Shown here one piece after another: positions 11,086 to 20,880 of a stretch of 64,000 bases of DNA. Position 1 is the stretch's first letter; every line of letters begins with the position of its first letter. Made by a program: the position numbers and the translations under genes. Source of the stretch: Thermococcus sp. JdFR-02 (GTDB lineage Archaea; Methanobacteriota_B; Thermococci; Thermococcales; Thermococcaceae). The stretch is from NCBI GenBank assembly GCA_002009975.1, contig MTLP01000042.1:128001-192000 (forward strand), in the 5' to 3' direction. A model generated the notes under the pieces. It saw only the letters and a program-made list of their open reading frames with translations. It made no database searches and was not told where the DNA came from.

Positions 11086-13164
11086 TTATTTTAAAATCCT
11101 TATTGCATTGAACACCGCTATTAATGCAACACCAACATCTGCAAACACTGCCTCCCACATTGTAGCTTCTCCAAGAATTCCAAGGCTTATGAAAGCCAGC
11201 TTAACCCCAAGAGCAAAGATTATGTTCTGCCACACTATCCTTTGTGTCTTTCTTGCGGTTTTTATCCCTGTAGGCAACTTTGAAGGCTTGTCGTCCATTA
11301 TAACTATATCTGCTGTTTCAATAGCGGCATCGCTTCCTAAAGCACCCATTGCAACTCCCACATCAGCTCTTGCAATAACGGGTGCATCGTTTATTCCATC
11401 GCCCACAAAAACTATTGTATCATTTGAACCCTTTTTCTTTTCAAGCTCTTCAATAACTCTCACTTTGTCCTCTGGTAGCAGCTCGGCATAAAACTCATCC
11501 AAGCCTATTTGTCTTGCTATCTCCTCTGCAACATCTTTGCTGTCCCCAGTTACCATTATAACCTTTTTAACACCTAAGCGCTTTAGTTCTCTAACAGCTT
11601 TTGGAGCATCTTCTTTTATCTCGTCAGATATAACTATGTAGCCCGCGTATTTTCTGTTAACGACAACATGAGCAACGGTCCCCTTTACGTGGCATGTATC
11701 ATGTTCAATATCGAATTTGTGCAGTAACCTATCATTTCCAACCATTATCTCTGTTTTATCAATTTTTGCCCTAACGCCATGTCCTGTTATCTCTTCATGT
11801 TCTTTTATTTGGGCTTCGTTGATTTCTTTTCCATAGGCTTCTTTTATTGCCTTTGCAATTGGATGATTTGAATGTGCTTCTGCTAAAGCTGCAAATTTCA
11901 AAATTTCCTCTTCGCTGAAACCGTTCCTCGTTTCTATTTTTGTAACTTTAAAGACACCCTTTGTTAGCGTCCCAGTTTTATCAAAAGCCACAATTGTTGC
12001 TTTACTAAGCGCATCAAGAAAGTTTGATCCCTTAACTAGTATTCCTTCCCTAGCAGATTTTCCAATTCCTCCAAAGTAGCCGAGAGGTATTGAAAGCACC
12101 AAAGCGCAAGGGCATGAGATTACCAAGAGCACTAAAGCCCTGTAGAGCCAATCAGAAAAAGATTCTCCAAAGGCTAGTGGTGGAATTAAAGCAATAAGTG
12201 CAGCTAATCCCACAACCGCTGGGGTGTAGTAGTGAGCAAACCTTGTGATAAACTTCTCTGTTTTAGCCTTTCTTGCACTTGCATTTTCCACAAGCTCTAA
12301 AATCCTCGAAATAGTTGACTCTTTAAGCTCTTTCGTAACTTTGACTATCAGAAGACCGCTTAAGTTTACCATCCCTGATAAGATTTCCCCTCCTTCCTTT
12401 ACAGTTCTTGGAACGCTCTCTCCGGTTAAAGCCGATGTATCAACATTTGAACTTCCCTCAATGATGATCCCATCAACGGGAACTCTCTCACCGGGCTTTA
12501 TGATTATTATGTCACCAACTTTAAGCTCCTCAGGCTTGACTTTGACTATCTTATCCCCCACTTTGAGGTTTGCATACTCTGCCTTTAAAGCTAATAAAGC
12601 CTTAATAGAACGTCTTGACCTGTTAATGGCTAAATCTTGGAAGAATTCACCAACAGTGTAAAACAGCATAACTCCCACAGCTTCTGGATATTCTCGAATT
12701 GCAAATGCACCAAGCGTGGCTATAGCTATGAGAAAGTTCTCATCAAAGACATTTCCATGTATGGAGTTGACAAAAGCGTTCCTTAACACTTTCCAACCCA
12801 CTAAGAGGTAGCTCACAACAAATATTCCAAGCACAAAGGCATTGTCGTAGTTGTAGTAGTACCTCAGAACTATTCCAATGATGAACAGCAAAAGTGAAGG
12901 GATTATGAAGTGGAGCATCTTCCTCGGGTCGTCGTGGTCATGGTGGTGATGGTCATGTTCGTGCTCGTCCTTCTCAATGACCTTAACTCCCGGCTCAACC
13001 CTCTTTATTATCTCCTTAGCCTTCTCGATGTCTCCCTCTATCACAGCTTCCTTGGTGGCAAAGTTTACCATAGCAAACTCAAAGCCTTCTTTTTTTAATG
13101 CTTCTTCAATTTCATAGGCACAGCTAGCACAGTCAAGACCTTCTAATTTGAGCTTCTTTGGCAT
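11086..13164 (-). CDS. cadA: Zn/Cd/Pb-exporting P1B-2 ATPase
   Basis: GLDCASCA HMA domain, His linker, SCPCAL, DKTGTLT, FADVG. Confidence 0.93.
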   Translation of the reverse strand: MPKKLKLEGLDCASCAYEIEEALKKEGFEFAMVNFATKEAVIEGDIEKAKEIIKRVEPGVKVIEKDEHEHDHHHHDHDDPRKMLHFIIPSLLLFIIGIVLRYYYNYDNAFVLGIFVVSYLLVGWKVLRNAFVNSIHGNVFDENFLIAIATLGAFAIREYPEAVGVMLFYTVGEFFQDLAINRSRRSIKALLALKAEYANLKVGDKIVKVKPEELKVGDIIIIKPGERVPVDGIIIEGSSNVDTSALTGESVPRTVKEGGEILSGMVNLSGLLIVKVTKELKESTISRILELVENASARKAKTEKFITRFAHYYTPAVVGLAALIALIPPLAFGESFSDWLYRALVLLVISCPCALVLSIPLGYFGGIGKSAREGILVKGSNFLDALSKATIVAFDKTGTLTKGVFKVTKIETRNGFSEEEILKFAALAEAHSNHPIAKAIKEAYGKEINEAQIKEHEEITGHGVRAKIDKTEIMVGNDRLLHKFDIEHDTCHVKGTVAHVVVNRKYAGYIVISDEIKEDAPKAVRELKRLGVKKVIMVTGDSKDVAEEIARQIGLDEFYAELLPEDKVRVIEELEKKKGSNDTIVFVGDGINDAPVIARADVGVAMGALGSDAAIETADIVIMDDKPSKLPTGIKTARKTQRIVWQNIIFALGVKLAFISLGILGEATMWEAVFADVGVALIAVFNAIRILK

Positions 13165-13166
13165 GT

Positions 13167-13529
13167 TTACTCCTCCATGTGCTTGAGCGCAACTTTCAGA
13201 ATCTCCCTTATATGCTCGTCATCTAAGCGGTAAAAGACGTTCTTTCCATCTTTTCTGTATGTAACAATTTTTCTATCCTTTAAAATCCTAAGCTGGTGAG
13301 ATATAGCTGAAACTGACAAGCCAGTAATGTTTGATAAATCACACGTGCAAAGCTCATCCTCCAGCAGAGCGAAGAGTATTTTAAGTCTTGTTGGATTTCC
13401 TAAAGCATCAAAGAAGTCGGAAACCTCAAGAATAACTTCATCATCAGGCAATTTTTCTTTGGCTTTAAGGATTTTGTCTAAATGCTCCTCATACACCTTA
13501 CACACTTCCGTCCCTTTTTCATTACTCAT
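13167..13529 (-). CDS. ArsR/SmtB (CadC-like) metal-responsive repressor
   Basis: FDALGNPTRLKIL, ELCTCDL, SAISHQLRIL, LDDEHI; GAGGTGA RBS before ATG 13529. Confidence 0.92.
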   Translation of the reverse strand: MSNEKGTEVCKVYEEHLDKILKAKEKLPDDEVILEVSDFFDALGNPTRLKILFALLEDELCTCDLSNITGLSVSAISHQLRILKDRKIVTYRKDGKNVFYRLDDEHIREILKVALKHMEE

Positions 13530-13542
13530 TTTTATCACCTCT

Positions 13543-13566
13543 ACATTTGAGCAATTGTGCAAATGT
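13543..13566. promoter_or_regulatory. ArsR/CadC-type operator ACATTTGAGCAATTGTGCAAATGT
   Basis: 24-bp imperfect palindrome between TATA and RBS of the arsR-cadA operon. Confidence 0.75.
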
Positions 13567-13621
13567 TCTTATAAATGTTACTGGACAGAAATGTATAGGA
13601 GAATAAAAGAGAGCTTGGGAG

Positions 13622-14212
13622 TTATTCAGCAGGCCTTCCAAGAGGGAAGATATATAGCGGATCTCCTTCAATATCAATTACCTTTTTGACTTCCTCGTCT
13701 CGAAAAGCACCAACTGCAACAGTTCCAAGGCCTAAAGCCGTCGCCTGGAGGTAAATATTTTGTCCCATATGTCCCGCATCTATGTGCACGTATCTTATTC
13801 CCCTCTTACCATACCTGCTCGTGGTTCTTTCATAGTGGGCAACTATCACAATGTTCACTGGAGCGGTAGCAACACACTTCTGCCCGAGACATGCACGAGC
13901 GAGCTCTTCTCTTAAATCTCCCTTTCGAATAACCTTTAGAACATGCTTCTTCCCATCATAATGGTACAGCCCCGGCTCAAGATTCTCAACACTGCTCACA
14001 ACGGTGTATACCTCAAAAGGATACCTCGCACCTGCACTTGGAGAGGTTCTCTTTCCCCAGAGGTTTACTCCATAAGCCGCCCAGAGAACTTGAGAGAGCT
14101 CGCCAAGGGTTAATGGTTCTGAGGTATATCTTCTAATGCTCTTTCTCCTGTATATCGCTTCCTCAAGGCTCATTTCCCCTTTAATTCTTGGTTCTGGTAG
14201 TTTGATCTCCAT
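13622..14212 (-). CDS. SagB/ThcOx-family nitroreductase-like flavoprotein
   Basis: RRKSIRRY, RTSPSAGARYP, DAGHMGQNIYLQATALGLG. Confidence 0.9.
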   Translation of the reverse strand: MEIKLPEPRIKGEMSLEEAIYRRKSIRRYTSEPLTLGELSQVLWAAYGVNLWGKRTSPSAGARYPFEVYTVVSSVENLEPGLYHYDGKKHVLKVIRKGDLREELARACLGQKCVATAPVNIVIVAHYERTTSRYGKRGIRYVHIDAGHMGQNIYLQATALGLGTVAVGAFRDEEVKKVIDIEGDPLYIFPLGRPAE

Positions 14213-14253
14213 ACCATCACCCAGAAATTAATGAGCATTTTTTCACATAAGGT

Positions 14254-15156
14254 TTACTCCAAAGATAACAAATACACTCCAAAGAACATCAAAATGCCGA
14301 AAAATGCTTTTAAAAGAGTGAAGCTCTCTCCGAGAATTAGAAAAGCAAAGAAAGCGCCAATTAATGAGGAAGTCGAAAAAATTGCCCCCGTTTTCATAGC
14401 TCCAATTTCTCTTAGAGCAAATAGAAATAATACGATAGAAAAGCCTATGCTGAAAGCACCGACCGTTAGTATATAAGGGAGGCTTTGAAGTGGGATGTAG
14501 AAAGGAATTCCAATTAGAGAAGCCAGAATCAACAGCGCGCTCCCTCCAAACAGCCCTTTTAGTGAGGTTACCAAAAGCAGATCCCTCTTAACGCTTAGCA
14601 GCTTGCTCAAATTATTGTCTATTGCCCATGAAAGACCTGCCAAGATTATTAGAATATTCCCGACAATACCCTTACTCAGCTCGACTTCTCTAAAGTTCTC
14701 TGTTGAGATCACAACGGCTCCAATTAGGATTAAGAGAACTCCGATAATGCTTCTTCTTGAGGCTTTTTCTTTAAAGACTAAAAGAGCTATTAAAACAGTG
14801 AACAATGTCTCGGTGTTGAGTAAGAGGGATGCATTAACAGCTGTTGTCTTATTCAAGCCGAACATGAATGAAAGAGGGGCTAAGAAAGATCCAAAAAGTA
14901 CTATAAAAGTTAATATCAAAAGATCTCGCCTTGAAAAGAACTCTTGAGTTTTAACCTTAAATTCAAGCTTTTTGAGGAGCTTGTCTTTGAGCGGCGTAAA
15001 GCGAAGAAGCATTAAAACTATCCCCGCCGTTAGATAGATACTTCCCGCTATTATCATTGGATGAACATTTCTAAGGGCAATTTTATTAAGCGTTGAGCTT
15101 ATTCCAAAGAGCAGGGCGGCTAAAACCGCACTTACATATCCATAGTGATGCGTCAT
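14254..15156 (-). CDS. DMT/EamA family transporter
   Basis: About ten TM segments, ASLLLNTETLFT, WAIDNNL. Confidence 0.9.
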   Translation of the reverse strand: MTHHYGYVSAVLAALLFGISSTLNKIALRNVHPMIIAGSIYLTAGIVLMLLRFTPLKDKLLKKLEFKVKTQEFFSRRDLLILTFIVLFGSFLAPLSFMFGLNKTTAVNASLLLNTETLFTVLIALLVFKEKASRRSIIGVLLILIGAVVISTENFREVELSKGIVGNILIILAGLSWAIDNNLSKLLSVKRDLLLVTSLKGLFGGSALLILASLIGIPFYIPLQSLPYILTVGAFSIGFSIVLFLFALREIGAMKTGAIFSTSSLIGAFFAFLILGESFTLLKAFFGILMFFGVYLLSLE

Positions 15157-15253
15157 GGAAATAAATTTAAAATAGAGCCTTTATAAAAGTATTTCACACG
15201 AAAGAGGAAAAGATGGCATGAAATGACATTATTTAAGCAGCTATATTCACAAC

Positions 15254-16726
15254 TTATTTTGGCTTCATTAGATTATTCCTAAGCAGCATAGCTACACCAT
15301 ATAACAAACCTGAGATGAATAAATTAGCCACAATACCAACTATGAGGGCAAAGATTGCATACCTCAAACTTATAACCCTTATTGTCCAGGCTGCAAAAAT
15401 AAACAATAATACGGGAAGAAAGAGAAGTAGAGGTAAAGCTTTTATCTTATCAAACGTTAGGACAATAAAAAGTACTAACGCCCAACTAAGCATTATTTTC
15501 ATGGAGATGGTTAATGGGTAGCTATCAAAAAACAGGGACAATCCAAAAAACACTGCAAGTGCCGATAAAAGGCTTATGACCAAGTTTTTCTTGTCTATTT
15601 TGTTAAAATTGGATCCTAAAACAACTAATGCAATAATCATGATAATGCCGAATATGCCGTTCTGAGTTACAATACTCCTCCAAAGATCAAGGGGATTAAA
15701 AATGTTGCCATATATTTTAAATGCAAGTAAGATTTTTCTTAAATCGCTTAACTTCTCATCCGATGGGATGTAAACATAACCATCTATCTTCGGAAAGAGG
15801 AACTTTAAAATACCTGCTTCGTTTATTGAAATCTCTGAAAAACCTTTCTCTTTAAAGATTTTTATCGCGGGGTCTCCAAAGAGGACTACTTTGGGGTTCA
15901 CACCGACCTTTTTGAAGTAGGCATTATTTATTTGAACGAGTTTGCCGAGAGAGTAGTTTGAGAGCCAGAGCGTATTCTCCAAATATGAAACTCCTCCTGT
16001 GTCTACGGACGCTATTACTACCAAAGAACCGTTATTGAGCAGATCCAAAACCAATGGTCCCTTAGTCTGCCAAATCATGCCAACACTGCAAGACTCAAAG
16101 ATAAATACTTTTCCTTTTGGATTTCTTATATAATCTTTATTGAAACGCCAAGTGATAAGATTGATCCCATAAGGGCTACCATGCCCAGTTATCCATATCA
16201 GAGAGGTATTCTGAGAATATTTAAGATAGTTTTCATAACTGGCACTATCTCCTTCAAGAAAGTAAGCTTTTCCATTTGTTAGATTTTCGATTTTGATTTT
16301 AGATGGACATGAAGGACAAATGAATAAAGCTCCATATTCTAGCTTTGAGGAAGTTAAACTATTAACCCAATATATAAAGCCGTTTTTGCTTTTAACTGGA
16401 TAAAAACCGATTATTGGATCATAAATGCCATCATTATTAAAGTCAAGATTGTTATAGATAGAATAAACAAAATTGGCGTTAAACTTTGAATAGTTTACAA
16501 TGAATAGAACTTGGTCGTCACTCTTCAAAAATTCTAAGTCAGAAAAATTTGAAATAACCGTGACACCATTATGAAAGTCGGCGATTTTTCGAGCATAAGA
16601 CTCTAAAGAAGACATATTCTGATCTAAAACTACATAATAATCTGCGGACGTCAATTGAGTTGTAAATAAAAACAATATACAAAAAAGGACGAGCGATAAC
16701 AAAAATATCCTTTTACCTACCTTCAT
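15254..16726 (-). CDS. membrane-anchored clan CD (C25 gingipain-like) cysteine peptidase
   Basis: Signal peptide; LIWITGHGS and FIFESCSVG His/Cys dyad motifs; LFGDPA motif; about five C-terminal TMs; GGTGAG RBS before ATG 16726. Confidence 0.75.
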   Translation of the reverse strand: MKVGKRIFLLSLVLFCILFLFTTQLTSADYYVVLDQNMSSLESYARKIADFHNGVTVISNFSDLEFLKSDDQVLFIVNYSKFNANFVYSIYNNLDFNNDGIYDPIIGFYPVKSKNGFIYWVNSLTSSKLEYGALFICPSCPSKIKIENLTNGKAYFLEGDSASYENYLKYSQNTSLIWITGHGSPYGINLITWRFNKDYIRNPKGKVFIFESCSVGMIWQTKGPLVLDLLNNGSLVVIASVDTGGVSYLENTLWLSNYSLGKLVQINNAYFKKVGVNPKVVLFGDPAIKIFKEKGFSEISINEAGILKFLFPKIDGYVYIPSDEKLSDLRKILLAFKIYGNIFNPLDLWRSIVTQNGIFGIIMIIALVVLGSNFNKIDKKNLVISLLSALAVFFGLSLFFDSYPLTISMKIMLSWALVLFIVLTFDKIKALPLLLFLPVLLFIFAAWTIRVISLRYAIFALIVGIVANLFISGLLYGVAMLLRNNLMKPK

Positions 16727-16870
16727 TCTTCTCACCTTTTTGTTTGGTTTGTCTTTTGTAAGCATAATAAAGCTCTAAAAGTTTGTCGATATTGTATTTA
16801 AAAGATGGACACTGAGGGTATCCTTGTTTCATTGCAAGCAATGGACAGCTTCCCATACAAATCTGCAGGA

Positions 16871-17776
16871 TTAATAACTCTTTGTTGTTTCAATGAATAT
16901 TTTTTCTATCGGGGCTTCTTTTGTTTTTACTTCGTAGATATTAATCTCCTGAGTAAGGAGTATTTTCATTATTGCTGGGATCTCATCATTATAATTAGAA
17001 ACTCTAACAGTGACACCAGTGCTCTCCAAATTAACTGAATAACCAAACTTCTCTAGGAGTTCCTTTGCCTGTTGCTTTTTATCAACTTTAAGCACTACAT
17101 CAATGTTTCTAATCCTATTAAGTAAATTCTCCAGTCTTTCCTCTAAAACTAACCTTCCCTCTTTCATTATTCCCACCCTGCATTTCACTCCCTCAAAGTT
17201 TTGGAGCTCGCTTAGGATATGGGTTGAGAATAAAATTATCTTCCCTTCTTTCAACATTTCAAAAATTTTGTCTCTTAAGCTTAAAACTGTGGGAATGTCT
17301 AGATTGCTGAAGGGCTCGTCTAAAACCAAAATATCTGGATCGTGAAGTAATGCTCTCGCCAAAGCGAGTCTCTTTCTAAGTCCCCTGCTTAGATGTCCAG
17401 CTTTTACATTTCTGTATTTTTTAAGTCCAAATTCTTTTAGAAGTTCATTGATCCTTTCCTCTTTAACATCATAGATTTTGGCAAAGAAGAGTAGGTTTTT
17501 ATAAACACTCAAATCTGGATAAACTCTTTCCCCTTCAGGTAAATATCCAATCTTTCTCTTAGCCTTTTCAGGTTCTACCCAAAGATCAATTCCATCAACT
17601 ACTACTCTACCTTTAGAAGGGGGTAAAATGCCGGTGATTACTCTAAACGTTGTAGTTTTACCCGCACCATTGGCTCCCAATAACACATAAATTTCCTTTT
17701 TTATTGCGATAAAGCTCAGATCTTTTACCACATCACCATTACCGTAACCTGTACTAATATTGTCAACCTCAAGCAT
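16871..17776 (-). CDS. ABC exporter ATP-binding subunit
   Basis: GANGAGKT, LSRGL, LVLDEPF, STH. Confidence 0.95.
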   Translation of the reverse strand: MLEVDNISTGYGNGDVVKDLSFIAIKKEIYVLLGANGAGKTTTFRVITGILPPSKGRVVVDGIDLWVEPEKAKRKIGYLPEGERVYPDLSVYKNLLFFAKIYDVKEERINELLKEFGLKKYRNVKAGHLSRGLRKRLALARALLHDPDILVLDEPFSNLDIPTVLSLRDKIFEMLKEGKIILFSTHILSELQNFEGVKCRVGIMKEGRLVLEERLENLLNRIRNIDVVLKVDKKQQAKELLEKFGYSVNLESTGVTVRVSNYNDEIPAIMKILLTQEINIYEVKTKEAPIEKIFIETTKSY

Positions 17777-17786
17777 GAGCATCACC

Positions 17787-18593
17787 TTAATTAGCTATGA
17801 AAGCAAGACGATTGATGAATCTTCTTGATAATAATGCCAGAATAAGAGATATCACAAATCCAGTGCTTCCCAAAAGTTGAACAATTGTGAAGAATTGCTG
17901 AGGAGGAACTTTCATTGCCAATACAAATAACAAAAAGGGTATCAGGCCTACAAATCCTCCAAATTTCATTTGATTGATACTCCTCGCTTTCATACTTATA
18001 AACAATCCAAAAGGCAAAGCAAATAAAAGCATTGAAATTGGTAGAATGATGGACAAGAATATGTACCCTATAGTGGGTGTCCATAGTTTTCCGAGAGATG
18101 TTACAAATATGTACTGGATAGCTCCAAGATTAACTAATATAGCCGAAAATGTCGTAATTAAACCAGCAATAATGCTGGCGATCATTTTGCCCAAAACAAT
18201 ATCGCTTTCCTCTACAGGTGTTGCGAATAAAACCTCCATTGTCTTGTTTATTTTCTCAAAAGCAAAGGATGTTAGTATAATATTGTATGTAGTAAAAAAC
18301 GCAAAAACCTGTATCACCATTGGAATTTGAACTATCATTGTTGCAATAGTTATTGCAGTATCACCAAGAGTATTTAATGATCTCCTCGATATTCCAAAAA
18401 GGCGGGGGTTTGAAAGTATCTGGTTATATGCTAATGCTCGTGATTGTGGGGTTATATATTGGGAATTTGTCAGGATAAGAAATACTAGAACGGAGATTAA
18501 TGAAATTACTGGAAACACGAGTGAATAGAAGGTGTCCTTATTTCCAAGATAGTTCCAGAACTCTTTCTCAAGTATAACTTTAACTTTGGACAT
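17787..18593 (-). CDS. ABC-2 type exporter permease
   Basis: FAFEKINKTMEVLFATPV...GK motif; six TMs. Confidence 0.88.
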   Translation of the reverse strand: MSKVKVILEKEFWNYLGNKDTFYSLVFPVISLISVLVFLILTNSQYITPQSRALAYNQILSNPRLFGISRRSLNTLGDTAITIATMIVQIPMVIQVFAFFTTYNIILTSFAFEKINKTMEVLFATPVEESDIVLGKMIASIIAGLITTFSAILVNLGAIQYIFVTSLGKLWTPTIGYIFLSIILPISMLLFALPFGLFISMKARSINQMKFGGFVGLIPFLLFVLAMKVPPQQFFTIVQLLGSTGFVISLILALLSRRFINRLAFIAN

Positions 18594-19065
18594 GGCTTCT
18601 TTCCCCAAGCTTTTTTATTATCTTGTCTACTCCATCAACGGCTATTACGAATTTTTTCCCATTTTCAGTTTCGATAAATATGCCCTTATTCATGACACAG
18701 TACGCTAAAACTTTCTCTCTCCTTACTGTAGTAAATGTGCCGATCTTAACATTGTTTGTATCAATGCCAATACCATAAGTTCTACCGATTAGAAACGAAT
18801 GTACATCAATAGGCTCTATCTTTGCTATTTTAAATCGCTTCTTTCCCGATAATGTCTTTAGTATAATCATGCTGTCTTCGATATAAATATCAATAGGGAG
18901 GGTTATTACTGCCCACATTGCCCAGAACACTACAAACAGAGACAATACAAATGCAGGAACAAAATAATATGGAACTCCTGATGTAAACACGGATGCCATT
19001 ACAAATATGAAAAAGGCTATAGATCCTGACGCTATCATTATCATAATCCTGATTACCTTTTTCAT
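18580..19065 (-). CDS. two-TM protein with PH-like C-terminal domain (possible immunity protein)
   Basis: Two TMs then beta-rich domain with GRTYGIG..IGTF..IFIETENGKKFVI, resembling bacterial PH (bPH) membrane proteins. Confidence 0.55.
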   Translation of the reverse strand: MKKVIRIMIMIASGSIAFFIFVMASVFTSGVPYYFVPAFVLSLFVVFWAMWAVITLPIDIYIEDSMIILKTLSGKKRFKIAKIEPIDVHSFLIGRTYGIGIDTNNVKIGTFTTVRREKVLAYCVMNKGIFIETENGKKFVIAVDGVDKIIKKLGERSHVQS

Positions 19066-19466
19066 AGTGCATCACTGCAAATTTTTTCTATAATGTCCAC
19101 TATAGATATTCTTTTATTATATTTTTCCAGATAAATAAATCCATTTACGAAAAGCCAAGTTAAAGCAAAAAGTACATCCTGGTTCAATTGTTTTTCGGTG
19201 ACCTCAGGATATTTCTCTCTAAGAGAATTTAGGATAGATTTAAAATTAGTTCCTGACTTATCGGAAGTCATTAAATATATCTGGGCCAGTGTAGGGTTCA
19301 TAACACATATCTTCCCAGTTATTGGATTGAATGTAATAATTTTGCCATCTTTCTCCTGTCTCCACTTTATTGAATTGTTCATAAATACCCTAGAGTTCAT
19401 TATGTCTCTTTTGATATCATCAAGTAGTGGTGGGTTCTTAACTTTGTTATTCTTTATCTTGTTCAT
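19062..19466 (-). CDS. stand-alone PqqD-family RiPP recognition element (RRE)
   Basis: WRQEKDGKIITFNPITGKICVMNPTLAQIY...LREKY....LNQDVLFALTWLFVNGFI fits the three-strand/three-helix PqqD pattern. Confidence 0.88.
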   Translation of the reverse strand: MNKIKNNKVKNPPLLDDIKRDIMNSRVFMNNSIKWRQEKDGKIITFNPITGKICVMNPTLAQIYLMTSDKSGTNFKSILNSLREKYPEVTEKQLNQDVLFALTWLFVNGFIYLEKYNKRISIVDIIEKICSDAL

Positions 19467-20617
19467 GTTAGCTCCCTCCTAATTTCTCGGGAAAGTTTAA
19501 ATTGTGCATCTTTCGGCAATTTTTTCAAATTGATATATTCGCCACACTCCTTTCGTGTGAGTAAAAGTTTATTTAATTTCAGGAAATCTTTCTCTGTTTT
19601 TATATATGTAGAAAGTGCTAATAGAACTAGATTATCTCTCCAAATATTTTGTAACTCGGGCCATAAATTGTTTATACCTTCCTCAATATGTCCATATGCT
19701 AAATTTAAATACGGAGTTGGCAAAATATATCCCTCTGCACTGATCGTCAGTACTACAGAATTTAAATATGGCCCTATAACTATGTGCTCTGTGGGATCCC
19801 CAAAAGTTATTTTCAATGGATAATGTCCTGAATTCTCATTGATCCAAGTTATTAATTTTGAGTATTGTTCTTCTGTAGGTATGAGATTTAGATGTCTTTC
19901 ACTTTCTGGGACAAAGTACATAGATCTAACCTCAAATACTCCAAGATCCAATGCTAGTTCAACTGTATTAGGGAAATCGTGAATATTCAAACTGGTTGCG
20001 CAAAATGCTACAGCCGTGTTTATGTTATAGTCAACTAAATTTTTTATTGCATTAACAGCTTTATTAAATGTTCCTTTACCTCTCAACAGATCCATAATTT
20101 CAGATTTTGATCCATCTAACGAAATCTGTACGCTACCGATATTTAATTCAGACAACTTAGAGGCAAATTTATCTGTAATTAGTGTTCCATTACTCACAAA
20201 ATTCACTCCAATGCCTTTTGAATTTGCATATTCTATAATCTCAAAGAAATCTCTATGCAATGTTGGCTCTCCTCCGCAGAGGCATATACCTAAAACCTCT
20301 AACTCTGAGAGTTCGTCTATTATCTTGAACACATTATCTTTACAAAGGCTTGGAGCTACGGTTCTTTGGGGAGCAGCTAGATAACAATATGGGCATTTGA
20401 GATTACATCGGTAGGTAATGTCAATTGCAGCAAATATTGGCCCTTTGATATTATCTATCCAAGACTTCAACTTTTTGCGAGTTTCGATATATTTTATCCA
20501 TGCCTCAAGAAATCCTGGGATCTGTCCCACCCTAATGGGTTTTCCTCTATTTGGAAGAATGACCTCTAAGAGCTCATTAGTCGCATTGTGTAGCTCTTCT
20601 AAAAAAGAAATGTGCAT
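19463..20617 (-). CDS. radical SAM peptide maturase lacking SPASM/twitch cysteines (candidate epimerase)
   Basis: CNLKCPYC, GGEPTL, SNGTL, VQISLDG; C-terminal LTISAEGYILPTPY has T where PC is expected. Confidence 0.9.
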   Translation of the reverse strand: MHISFLEELHNATNELLEVILPNRGKPIRVGQIPGFLEAWIKYIETRKKLKSWIDNIKGPIFAAIDITYRCNLKCPYCYLAAPQRTVAPSLCKDNVFKIIDELSELEVLGICLCGGEPTLHRDFFEIIEYANSKGIGVNFVSNGTLITDKFASKLSELNIGSVQISLDGSKSEIMDLLRGKGTFNKAVNAIKNLVDYNINTAVAFCATSLNIHDFPNTVELALDLGVFEVRSMYFVPESERHLNLIPTEEQYSKLITWINENSGHYPLKITFGDPTEHIVIGPYLNSVVLTISAEGYILPTPYLNLAYGHIEEGINNLWPELQNIWRDNLVLLALSTYIKTEKDFLKLNKLLLTRKECGEYINLKKLPKDAQFKLSREIRRELT

Positions 20618-20880
20618 TAAGAGGCACCTCCGATATTTTTAAACTTACGTATGTCGTAGGAGTCAAAGATCTCTTTAACTGTTGGTATTGCTACAGTAGC
20701 TATAACTAAGACCCAAGCTGCTGCTGCCCAAACAACCGCAGCATAAGCATAGCCGACTAAGTTCAGAATGGCAGCGTGGTTAACTGCTGCTGCATTATTA
20801 ACAGCCACTACATTATTAGTGCTTATAGTAATGTCTGCGGGAGTGCCAACATCACCACCAACAGGGGGCACGTAGCTCAT
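20617..20880 (-). CDS. RiPP precursor A2, 87 aa, Ala/Val/Asn-rich with Nx5N ladder
   Basis: GGAGGTGA RBS; leader YVPPVGGDVG; N22/N28/N34/N40; TAATG overlap with rSAM gene. Confidence 0.85.
   Translation of the reverse strand: MSYVPPVGGDVGTPADITISTNNVVAVNNAAAVNHAAILNLVGYAYAAVVWAAAAWVLVIATVAIPTVKEIFDSYDIRKFKNIGGAS

Noticed and set aside
13622-14212. SagB-like dehydrogenase as an azole-forming RiPP enzyme
   Set aside because: No YcaO in the window; stand-alone copies are common in archaea; separated from the cluster by the EamA gene
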